Assembly: GCA_001642005.1 (NCBI GenBank)
Contig: LWCA01000144.1
Coordinates: 1-47,837 of the forward strand
Direction: 5' to 3'
DNA length: 47,837 nucleotides
Origin: Intoshia linei
Lineage: Eukaryota > Animalia > Orthonectida
Shown here piece by piece: positions 1 to 11,595 of this stretch (within the stretch, counting starts at the first letter, position 1; each line of letters begins with the position of its first letter). The translations under genes and the position numbers were made by a program. A model generated the notes under the pieces. That model saw only the letters and a program-made list of their open reading frames with translations. It was not told the origin of the DNA and did not search any database.

Positions 1-1485
1 AATATAATTATCGACAAATGTGCAATTAAAAATTATTATGATACAATTATCATGGAAAAAAATTTCCCAAATATATTGTGAAAGATTAATTTAATTTGTG
101 CTTTTTAAAAATGACTTAAAAGTTATTTTAACAAAAAATATCTAATAAATTTTGGTATATTATGGAATCTCTGTATTGACCATATTTTATTGCAAACATG
201 ACTTCATTCAATGCAAACATGATTAACAAGATCGTGAATGTCTTGTATTTGAATCAATTTATTATATTGTAAATAACGAGAATTCGAGAAATTAAATCGT
301 TAATAAAATCCAAAAAAATTGAGCTAGAAATAAATTTAAAAAAATAAACTGTATAACTAAACATGGAGAACAGTATTATAAAGGCGATACCACGTTTAAA
401 AGCTCAAACGCCGATTTCCGTTAAAATAAAGTTCAGTTTTAATTTTTTTATAATATTTATACAGTGATATTTAAAATGACAAACGCAACTCGAATATATA
501 GCGTTAAATATTTTTGATTGCGAATTAGTTTTTATATTTTAAAAATACACACTTTTAGTGCTAAATGCTCATCGAATTCTAAAATTTTCCAAAAAATGTG
601 ACACCCTAGTTTATATAGCTAATATGTATGATAATTCGATAGCAAAATAATATAATAAATAACTAAAAATTAATATTGTGGACTAATTAACCCTCAATAT
701 TAATGTCAGTTTCTTGCGTCATATATGTAATGTATACAATACATAGACCTCAATTGAGCGCATCGAATGATGTACATGGTTATATGCAGATCTGTCGAAT
801 TTTTGAATAAAAGTCGATGTAAGTTTCAAAATAAATAAATATATACAAAAAAAATAAGCTAATTAATATTTTTAATTGTCCACAAATAATCACCAAGCAT
901 TCTTTGGTGATTCAATCCATGAAACCGCTTTTCAAAAATTTTTATATTTTGATGAAAACGTTCACCGTGTTCGTCACTTACGGTTATGCAATTTATAGGT
1001 AATCTATCACTACGACTTTATATGAGGTGCATTTTGGGACTATAGATGCAGCCCATTGTTTGATATTTAGTAAATACTTAATTTTTTCATTTGATTTTTG
1101 TGGAGTTCCAAATATTAAAAAAATACTGCGGTTATAGGTAAGTTTGTATTTCTATTGCATCAATTTATTAGTTGTATTATACATTCTAGACGATTTAAAT
1201 ACATATATTCCACAAATATAACAATAGTTGTCATTGCATTATTTACATGTTAAAAAATTAATACAACCAAGTACGAATAAAAGTTTATATCAGTATTTTT
1301 CTATAAAAATAAACATTAATCCAATTAATTGGGTTTTTCGTTAATAATTTCTAAAATTGATATGATCGAATCATAAGATGTATATCATCATGATGAGATT
1401 AAAATTCTCATGCTTTTAATGTATACATTTTATTGACGTATTTTTTTGTGTATTTTAGTGTTATTCAATTAATTTACATTTAAAG

Positions 1486-4400
1486 GGTATATTGGAAGCG
1501 TTTAGTGCATTTGGATTAATGATTGGTGCACCAGTTGGAGGACTACTGTATAAGGTACTGGAGGTGCCGAATCTACCATAGTCAGAGACGCCTTTTCGGG
1601 GCCTCTAAGAAATTTTGTAAATTGTAAATTGATCATTGAAAAAACTATATTCTTGAATATCATAACTATTTCGTGTGGTCAATTTAAAATGTCAAGTCAA
1701 CAGTCTTGGAGAAGTGGCTGGAAGTATATCACTAAGCATCGTTTGCGAATTTTTATCTTTAGGATCTATTTTTCCTTTTTGTGCTGTCTAGAACTTGGTA
1801 GGTTCGTCTCTGGGTACTGATTTAATGTTTGAAATTTTTTTTAATTATGTTTATTTATATACAGGTTGGAGGCTTTCAAAACACTTTTTTTATAATTGGT
1901 GGAAGTATGATACCTATTTGTTTTATAGCTTCAATTGTATTGTCCAGGAGCAATTTAAGTACTTTTTATTCATATTCATATTCTTATTTTATGTTTATTT
2001 ATTGTAACCTCTTAGAAATGCATCAAGAACCAACTCCATTTGCAAACAAAGTATCCACCGGAAATTTTTACCTTAGATTTAATAACGTCATCATATCTAT
2101 AATTATAACAATGTCGTTTTGTAGTACAGCATTTATAGACTCAATTTTATCATTCCATCTAAAGAAGAGAGTATGCTTAATCATTTTCACATTTTAATCG
2201 CATTTTATTATAAGAATTGTTGAGTATATGTGTCAATTTTGTAGTTTTTATACTCTACAGATCAGGGGTTCCAAACTTATTTAGTATACCGTCAGTGGCG
2301 TTCTAAGATTTTCCACCAATGGGGGGAAGCGAAATAATTATTAGAGTTAAACTCATGTAATGTATTTAAATTTGAATTTTTATATTTTGTTTATTGATAT
2401 ATTTCTTTATCTATAATAATTTATATTTTTTTTCTAGTTTTCATTCCAATAAATTTTTCAACTCCTACATAAAAATCGATATTTTTGGGCAGGTTCTCTT
2501 TCGGTTATTAACAACGTTAAGTCCAATAATTTATCTTAAACTAATTTTGAACTCCGATAACAAATTAATATGCATAAAACGTAAACAATGATAACAATCA
2601 TAATTCAATAAATGCAATTTGATGGGTCTAAGAAATTTTTTTTCATATTACACAAAGTTAAAATACAAAATCAAAATATTTTAGGGACACATTTGTCACG
2701 CCAGGGGGTGATCTACTACTGTCTACCGCCCCTTTTTAGAAATATGTTTTCAACACCTCTTGAAAAAATTTCGACTATGTTGTATAATATATTATACTAG
2801 GTTGGCTGTTATGGACTGCGTACAAACACCACTTAGTTCTGCCGATGGCACATTTTTATTTTAATAAAAAAATAATCTAACTTAAAAATCCTACTATTCA
2901 CTATTAGCAATACATTAAAGCATGGTTCCCAAACTTGTTCCAGGTGGAACCGTCATATCACATTACTTTTTTCTTTAAAGTGAATTATTCCATTTTGTTT
3001 TGTTAACAGTTGTGTAAAGAATTTTAAGAACAATGGTTATCCCATATTTTAATTTATTAGACAGAATGTGTGTATAATATTAAAAATAAAGTAAAAACAG
3101 TCCAATACTAAAAATTGTCATAAAGGTGTGAGTTTTGGAAATTGAAATTTATATTATTATATGTAAAAATTGTCATAAATAGCATAAATTCCAGAAAAAA
3201 TAAAATTGTATAAAAACCTATTTTGTCATTTTCAATGTGATAATTCAGTATCACTTTAATAAATACTTAAAAATACCAATTATGTATCTATTATCTTTAT
3301 TTTTATAGAAATATTTGAAAAATATTGGTTGATAATATATTAAAAATTATTTTTCACCGGGAATGCGTAGATTTATGGGGTTAAAATTTTGAATTTATAT
3401 CAACTGGAATAAGCTCTATCACAATAATTTTTTTTTAAATTTTCGGGTAGTTGATTATTTCGCATTTTTTATTTTAATAAAATATTTCGGAAAAAAATAT
3501 ATGAATATTAAAGTACTTTTTTGACAGTGAAGGCGTCACTTATTTAGATTGAAATTTTTTTAAATTCTAGGACTGTTTTCATTAAAAAGAAAGATTTTCG
3601 CTCTAAAGATTTATTTTTTTTAAATTTAAACTTATGATAATATTTATGATTTTAAAATCCGTGTCAGTGTATATTTTTTTAAATTCTCGAACTCGTTTGA
3701 TTTTCAAAAAAAGGACAATTGGACTTTTTGACCCGTAAGATGTGAGGTTGGGAGGTTGAAATTTATCTTACTAACAAACCCGAAAAAACTGTAATAGAAA
3801 TGTGGACTTTATAAAATTCTAATCCTGGTAGTTATTAAAATAAACGATAACACACACAGACAAACAAACTATATTATATAAGTAAGGATTACAATGTCGC
3901 TGTTTTTCTCAGTGGATCCCAAACTTGGTATAATAACTCCACTTACAACAAAAAATTCATCAACGCCCACTCTATATTATATTAGTATATTACTACCACA
4001 TCATATTCTTTAAAATCGCCCGTAACTGAATTACCTAACTGTTATCGCCCACTTTAGGAACCCTTAATCTAGAATCTAAATAAATATATTTTCTTGTGAC
4101 GTTTAGAATATGTATATTTTAACAGGGGTCCAATCCCTATTTTTTCAGATATGTCAAATTTATATTTTTAAACCGTTCATATTACATTTCTAGTTTGATT
4201 TGGACGAATTATACATTGGCTTAATTTTTTTTATTCCACCATTTACTTATTGTATCACTGCTCCATTCTTAGGATATATTGCAGATAAAAAGGTTTATAT
4301 TTTATTTTATCGTTGATTAAAAACGAATCTTTTATAATAATAGGGTTTAGCTTATACTATAATAGTATTAGTACATATGTACAAATTTATAATTGTTTTC

Positions 4401-7400
4401 TGAATTTATTAGATTAGGTTAGATGTATTTCTTTTTTAGCTGTAATGCAGTGGTTCCCTATTTTTTAAGCATACTCAGGCCATTTCATATAAAAAATTTT
4501 AATATAATTTCAAACATTTAAAGAGCATAAATCTGCTCCCGATAGTTAGGCCAACAAAGGTATAATGACATATTCTAATACGCAAAACTAGTCAGTGAAA
4601 TCGCTTTATCAAATAAGAATTTTTCACGTGATTTTCTTGCGATTTATTTCATTTGTGAATCACTGATACATTAAATGTTTTGTGCTGTTTTAGTAGTACT
4701 ACAGTTTATATTCAAGTAAATGTAATTATTTATTTAGCCTGGACTATTATGGCCATTTGTCTTCTCTGGTTTAATAATAATAGCTATAAGTATCATGTTT
4801 TGTAGTCCACCACAATATTACAAAATACCCGAGTAATTGAATTTTTTAACATTATAATACAGTGATGACAACCAAACCAGCAAACTGCCAACACTGAACA
4901 CTAATCGACATTTTGACATTATTTTCAGAATATTCTAGTTAAGTAAAAAATTATTTAAGAAACAATCCTTAGTGTGTTGTGACTCGTACTTATGCTAAAT
5001 TTCATACTTTGGTGAGAGAAAACTTAGTAAATATTATTTTATTAGTGTTATTAATTAATTAAGTAAACATTTCACAATGGGATCAGTGTAGGAAGGTAAC
5101 TCTGTTTAAAGAATTTAAGATATTAATGAAGATGAGTCACTTTACTTAAAATATCGAGTATAAGTGAATTTAACTAAATAAAAATCAAATCTACGTATAA
5201 ATCTATAATTCAAAATTGATATCAGGGCTCAGAGTCTGAATTTCAGACTGTGTTTACCATGGGCCGGTAATTTTACCAATTAATTGTGTCAATTTTTTTA
5301 CAGGCGGCTGAAATATAATTTATAACATAAACTATCAAAATATTACCATGAATTTTCATTTGTTAAAATTGGTCACCTGAAGTATATATTTATTTATAGA
5401 AATTGGGATAATTGAAACATTTTAATTATATATGAAACAATATAGTTCACTACCGTTACTTTGTATTTTCTTGGGTTTTCAAGGAATTGGATTAGGTATT
5501 TGTTTTGCTGCAACACAATTGATTAAATTGGAAATGGAGTAAGTTTTCAAAATATAAAAATATACTCAACTTATATTACAGATAAATGTATATTTAGAAA
5601 AATTGATACCAAAAAATCATTGCATAATTATGGTGTTGTTTCAGGATACATAAACACATTTGTTAGTTTGGGGTAATTTACTATACATTTTATATTAAGT
5701 AATGATAATGCACTTATTAATGAAACTAAGTATGGATTAGTTGAGTGATTCCCAACCTGTGGGTACACACAAGTGAGTAATTTGATATTTTTCATGGGTA
5801 GTCGTAAACTTGTTCCAAATAAAATAGGATTTTTTTATTTTTTCTGTGTCGCATGCACTATAACGTATATAATATAATTTTTCTTAAATGATATTATGTT
5901 AAATAATTTTAATAATAAAATGTAGTAATGTAATAAATGAATATTGATTCATACAATTTTACCATAGTAAAAAAAAACGGTTTTCAAGACAGCAATGTGT
6001 ATCGTTTACACATACAGTAAACTATGCGTTATAAGAACAAAATAAAACAATTGTAACGAATGTTATTGTAGCAAATATAATATTCTACTTTTTACATTTT
6101 AAGTCATTTTAAAAAAGTTTTTAATTGTATTTTCCTTTAATATACTCCAACATTGCGATATTGTTTGAATTGCTTCGTTTAGATTGACACTGCAATGATT
6201 AATATCAAATGTTTCATTTTCCATATTCTTTTCGTCCATTTGAATCAATAAACGTTTGACTAAGCATTTCCGATATTCCTGTTTAATACATTTTATAATG
6301 GCAGCATTCAAGGGTTGGGTTTTACTTGTAGTATTTTTAGGGGAAAAAATTAATTTAACATTAGTTAAAACTTGCAATGACGAATTTAAATTTGTGCTTA
6401 TATCGAATTTATTTGTAGCTTATAACTAGGGCAATTTTTTATTGACCTATAGAATAACAAAAAAACTGACCTAAAAATTAAATTTACTGACTTTATCTGA
6501 CCTTAAAATTTTTGTTTGTTTCTATGGTTAATACCAACTGAATCTACCGTACCCCAAACCTTCTTTTCGTAGACCTTAAATCAATACAATATTTAATACA
6601 CCTTTGTAGTTGTAATGTTAATAAAGTACATACCTTATTCTCATTGTCAACACTCACATTATCACTCAATTCAAATCACATTAAAATCAAATTAAATAAT
6701 TTATTATAGATCACATATCTGTTACATTACAGTAGTATTTGTACGGCACAAGAATCGTAGATTAATGTTTTAATGCAGAAAATTATAATAAGATTTATAT
6801 TCTGCAGTGATTGATAATGAATTGTTTATTCGTGTGCTAAATAATAGAATTAGAATGAATAAATAATGGTTCATTTTAATATACAAATGAGTAACATGAG
6901 TTGTGATATGTTACAACCTTAATTTTAATATTCGCATAGGCCCCGATCATGATGGTGTCGGTCACTTTACATAATAAATTAATATGAATAAAACTTAAAA
7001 TAAGGAATATTTATGCGTGTAATAATAAATATGAATAACAAGGAACTGCAAATAAAACAAACGATGTAAATCTCATTGTGTAATGTTAGAGATGTTGAAA
7101 ATTATTAATTTTTATTGTAGTATAACATAATATACTTCTTAACATTATCTGGTAAAAATTGCCTCTGTTTAGTTAGCAATTTTTTGAACAAACTAAAATT
7201 AGGTTCAACACTATTGGTGGTAGATGCCGTTTTTCTTAATAAATTGTATAGATAAGATGGTATTTGTTCAATTTTATTGTTTATTATATCATAAATATCA
7301 TTATTTTAAGTCGAATATCTTTTAAAAAAAATATTGACTTTATGGCATTTAATGACTTTATAAATTGTTAATTAGCTAATTAATAAACATAATATTGATA

Positions 7401-8453
7401 TCATGATGCTTGTAATTTTGTGCTGATTATCATATAAAAAATGGCATTTTGCCATAAAAAACTGCCCTACTTATAACGAATGTGATTTTACTGTGTACGT
7501 ATTATGGAAATCAAAATTTATTACTAAGCTGTTATTATAACGAGTGTTCTTATAATGCATAGTTTACTGTATATAAAATTGAATGTGTGTGTAGAGCAGT
7601 GGTGTCAGACTCGATTTGCTTGGCGGGTCAAACATGAAAAAAATTATTACGCGGGCCGCACAAAAAAAATCTTTACTCAAAAAATTATGTTAAAACTAAC
7701 AGATTTAATTAATTTATAATAATATTAATTTATAAAATGAAATATGAAACAATAAAAATGGAATAAGTGTAAAAATAATGTTAAAAACGTAATAATGAAT
7801 AAATAATTTATGAAAAATATATGACTAAAATTGTAAAATAAGAAATATGTGTAAAAAATTGTCATAGAAAATAAAATTTATATTATAACGCGGGCCGAAC
7901 ATTCCATAATTGGGGCCGCAAATGGCCCGAGGGCCGCATAATTGACACCCCTGGTATAGAGTCTACAGAAATAAACTAATTTAAAAAAATCAAATTTTTA
8001 ATAGTTTTGTGAGTGATGTTTTTGTTAAAGTTACATTTTTATATCTTGAATCCTTCAGGGCAAAAACCCAATATCCCGTTTTGTTTTAAAATAAAATCAG
8101 CCCTATCAAATTAAGAAATGATTTTATTTTACTACGTTGTAAAATTTGTTTTTTAAAAATTTATATGGTCTTGTTCTAAAAACTTGACCGTTTAGGTTGT
8201 TTATTGGACCTCTAATAGGAGGATTTTTAATTGAAAAGTTCAGTTTTAACTGGAGCTGCAATATATTTTCATTTGCTGTATTACTTGTGGTAATATTTTA
8301 TAATAAAACTTACTCATTACAATTTAGAATTTTTTCATTTTTATTTTGTATATATGGAAAAACTTTAAATCAACTGCACCACAAATCTATAATAAGGTTA
8401 TGTATGATACAATCAGTAATGGTACAGACAGTTCAATAACAGTTGTTTTATGA
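1486..8453 (+). CDS. SLC18B1: MFS transporter, SLC18B1-like; spliced, 5' part not resolved
   Basis: Phase-compatible GT-AG exons: 1486-1554 (GILEAFSAFGLMIGAPVGGLLYK), 1865-1958 (VGGFQNTFFIIGG), 2016-2170 (AFIDSILSFHLKKR), 4194-4292 (FDLDELYIGLIFFIPPFTYCITAPFLGYIADKK), 4738-4832, 5446-5538, 5598-5672 (NYGVVSGYINTFVSLG), 8196-8289 (LFIGPLIGGFLIEKFSFNW), 8328-8453 (TGA). Motifs follow the SLC18B1 order. A possible further exon lies near 1190-1229. Confidence 0.85.
2263..4066. mobile_element. hAT-type non-autonomous element with nested inserts, in an SLC18B1 intron
   Basis: Starts CAGGGGTTCCAAAC and ends CACTTTAGGAACCCTTA. Termini and subterminal block (about 3910-3985) match the copy at 31282-32325. 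TSD is degenerate here. Confidence 0.65.
2797..3888 (-). mobile_element. Non-autonomous Helitron, copy A
   Basis: On the - strand begins TCCTTACTTATATAAT followed by a TG/TCTG microsatellite and ends in an imperfect hairpin plus CTAG. Inserted between A and T with no TSD. Body is shared with the other copies. Confidence 0.8.
6099..6377 (-). pseudogene. Tigger/pogo (DDE_1) transposase fragment
   Basis: NVKLIFSPKNTTSKTQPLNAAIIKCIKQEYRK matches the pogo motif FLPPNTTSxxQPLDQGII, with the third catalytic Asp changed to Asn. Followed by NLNEAIQTISQCW...TIKNFF. Confidence 0.85.
6427..7469. mobile_element. hAT-type MITE nested in the Tigger relic
   Basis: TIR TAGGGCA(A/G)TTTTTTAT; perfect 8-bp TSD CTTATAAC at 6419-6426 and 7470-7477. 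Confidence 0.85.
7597..7953. mobile_element. hAT (Charlie-like) MITE
   Basis: CAGTGGTGTCAGAC...ATTGACACCCCTG; 8-bp TSD GTGTAGAG/GTATAGAG; internal GCGGGCCG motifs; second copy at 45615-45813. Confidence 0.85.
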
Positions 8454-8946
8454 AATATTAAATTAAATTTTATGTTACGTATTTATTTTTACTATCATAT
8501 TAAAATAATTCTTTCCATTAATTTTATTATTTATAAGTCTGGTCTCAACTAATTGGGCCAAGGGTCAAAAAATTGAATATAAAAATATTTTTAAAAATCA
8601 ACCACGGGGACACATAATAATAAAGCTCGGTATCTAGGTACTCTCGTCATTCTAATATGAACCACTTTAGGATGTTATATATTTGAACATTTCAATGCGT
8701 CCGAATTGTTTTTATCACATATATCTTATATATCTCGATGAAACTACAGACAACTCGACTATTCTGACTCAATTCTACAATTAATTAATAAGTTACTGAC
8801 AATAACTTATTGTCATATATAATTTTTAATTCATTTACATATAATATCATTTCTATGGTATCATAAATAAATAAATGTTTAAAGTTATGTTGAAATATAA
8901 TATTTACAAAGGAATGGTAATAAATTATTGGTAATAATTTAATGTG

Positions 8947-10143
8947 ATGTTGACATCTGAGGATAATCCGGGTAAATTTAAAATAAATTTTAGAAAATGT
9001 ATATAAAAATGTGAATATAAACTTGTAACTCTAAAAAAATACATTAAACATCATGTAGAAGAATCAGAAACAATCCAAGAAATAATAAATAACATAAACA
9101 TATGTGACAACATCCCAGAAAATGTCAATCTCAGTTTACAAAATTTTTATCTTGATAAAAAACATTCTGAAACATTGATTCAAAAAATTGGCGAAATTGA
9201 TATAAATTGTATTGAAAATGAAATTAAACAAAATGAATTATTTTCCACAATTGATAAATGTAATGTAAATCAAAAAAATGACCAATCCAATAAAAATCAT
9301 ATAGCAACATTTCCGTATACATATATTCAATTGTCCACGGATCAGCATTTGATTGATTTGGATCATGTATTATCTAAAGATTTATCCGAACCGTACAGCA
9401 TTTTTACCTATAGATATTTTATAAAAGATAATAAAGATTTGAGTTTTTTGGTAATTTAGTAACAAACACAATAACATGTTTATTTAGACCTATGATCAAG
9501 ACAAATGTATTGGTGTAATAATGTGTAAATTGGATTATACTCTTTTCGGTAAATTAAGAGGATACATAGGCATGATTGCTGTTTTAAAGGAATATAGAAG
9601 AAAAGGAATCGGTAGCTTTAAAATTTAACTTTTTTAAAGTCATTTATAGCTCGAAATCTTTTCCTATTGAGTTCAAACACCATGTGCAAATACAAATGCT
9701 GCGAGGTATTATTTAAGTGAATCATAATAATTTCAAAATTTTGCCGATAAACCTAAAAACCCTTATCATTTTTTTGAAATTTTCAAGTTTAAAAAAAGCA
9801 AAGTAAATATATTTTTACATGGAATCTTGTTTCATTTACATTTGTAAATACAAAACTATTGTATTAATGGAACCTTACAATGTGCCACATAAATTAATTT
9901 GAACTGACTGAAATATTTTACTATTTATTTTTAACTTATATTTGATAGATTTACCTTGAAACTGAAGTTAAAAATAAAGATGCTCTTCAATTTTACCAAA
10001 GTTTGGGGTTTACTCGAACTAAACGTCTTTATCGTTATTACATGAATGAAAATGATGCCTTTGTTATGTCACGACCTTTATCGAAATCAACTTATTTTGA
10101 TACATCTTGCATTAATCTACAAATTACAAAATGTATATATTAA
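8947..10143 (+). CDS. NAA30: N-alpha-acetyltransferase 30 (NatC catalytic subunit, Mak3-like); 5 exons
   Basis: Exons 8947-8971, 9059-9450 (KDLSEPYSIFTYRYF), 9488-9611 (CIGVIMCKLD...RGYIGMIAVLKEYRRKGI), 9650-9705, 9949-10143 (IYLETEVKNKDALQFYQSLGFTRTKRLYRYYMNENDAF, TAA). All GT-AG and in phase. First exon is the least certain. Confidence 0.93.
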
Positions 10144-10168
10144 AATTTTTACTTTTATTTACAAAAAT

Positions 10169-10933
10169 TTATTCCTTTTTCATTTCTTTGAGGTTTACGG
10201 TTTTCAAATAGTTTTTTGCCGAGTTTATCTCTTCTATTGAAATTATCATTTGTCTTACACGTTCATGTTTTAAAGGATCTAGGATATCTGTAGTCGTTTA
10301 TAAATTACAATTTCAATTTATTTAAATTAATAGTCCTTAGAATTTGACTCAAAATTTAAAATTTTACTTGTACTAGTTACAATTACTTAATATTATTGTT
10401 TATTACTATTAATACAAATTTATAAACCGTGTCTCACGACGAATAGTACGTCGTCCAAAGAAACTCTATTCCTCTTTCCAATTTTTAGACATTTCCGGGT
10501 CTGCATCAAAGTATATATGTTGTAATATTTTAAAATTTATAAAATTCTAATACAAACCAAATTTCTAACAAATTCAACCATTAATTCTATCAATAACATT
10601 TCCGTCTCTTCGTGATATTCTTTAGTATCCCCAAACGCGTACATCATACTAACAACTAAAAACAAACTAAATACAACTAAAAATATAATATTTGTCACAC
10701 TGAACAAATTCAGCATATATCATGGGTTACTAAATTTTCGCACTAATAACCGTCAAGTTTATTGATAAATAACTTTGCAATATGTTCAATAATCATTGGT
10801 CACTCATAATTATAAGAAAATTTTTTATGAAACGCTTTATAAGTCAATTTAATCAAAACACACGGAATTTATCCAGTTTAGCTTCTTTATCAACATTTGT
10901 ACTCTTATAATGTTGTACAATTGCGAAAGTCAT
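10169..10933 (-). CDS. TAF13: TFIID subunit 13 (histone fold); 4 exons
   Basis: Exons 10933-10864 (tentative first exon), 10655-10558 (VSMMYAFGDTKEYHEETEMLLIELMVEFVRNL), 10500-10428 (TRKCLKIGKRNRVSLDDVLFVVRH), 10278-10169 (DPLKHERVRQMIISIEEINSAK, TAA). Matches TAF13 MMYGFGD / VEDIVFLIRKDPRK; short length favours TAF13 over SUPT3H. Absent from the ORF track. Confidence 0.88.
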
Positions 10934-11595
10934 ACATTATTGTATTTTTGATAATTAATTTACATTAATGTTTGTTGTTAATTGTGATGATTACTGTTAG
11001 TAAAAACATGAGTTGAGAATCTCATTAGATTCAGTTGATTAGCTTCGGTTTTATAGAAAACTTTCAAAAAAATTTTCAATAAAACTTGCCGAAAATGGGT
11101 TTGAATTTTATAACAAAACGTATATATTAAACCACATGAAACTAAAATATATAATTATATACAAATAATGATATTCCTCAGTGAAAAATAAATACCATCA
11201 TTTTTAACGGATTTCACTATTGATTCATATGATATTGGTTCCAAATTACTCTAAATAAAATTTCTAATATATTGAACTGAAATTAGATTTATTAAATTAG
11301 TGGTAATGTTTAAAATTTAGTCATACTTCTTGATTATTTTCCATAAATTTTTTCAATTAAAATAAAGTTACATTTAATTAGAATACAACTTAATGACTGA
11401 TAAAGATAAACCAAAAATATGTTGTTCCTGTCCAGAGACGCGTAAAATACGTGATGAATGGTATACTTTACTAATATTTTTAAAATTATTTAGAAAATGT
11501 TGAATTATGTCACACTACTTTTTACTTTAAAGTGAATTATTCCATCTTAATTTTGTTTTGTTAACATTTTGTGTAAAAGAATTTTAAAACAATTA

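Larger units (their letters stand above)
6015..7569 (-). mobile_element. pogo/Tigger-derived DNA transposon, internally deleted
   Basis: 25-bp TIR CAGTAAACTATGC(G/A)TTATAAGAACA at both ends (1 mismatch), TA on both flanks, DDE transposase fragment inside. Confidence 0.9.

Noticed and set aside
1-1230. 5' exons of the SLC18B1-like gene and a DNA-transposon end (AATGTGACACCCTA at about 595-608, also about 28186-28199)
   Set aside because: I could not build a phase-consistent exon chain or find the partner terminus, so neither is listed as a feature.
1629-2800. ORFs 1629-1820, 1795-2007, 2394-2591 and 2612-2800 as genes
   Set aside because: Intronic, out of frame with the transporter exons, or inside MITE sequence; compositions rich in F/I/Y/K are typical of chance AT-rich ORFs.
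10046-10240. Overlapping ORF across the NAA30/TAF13 junction
   Set aside because: Alternative frame of the NAA30 last exon and antisense to TAF13, with no recognisable motif.
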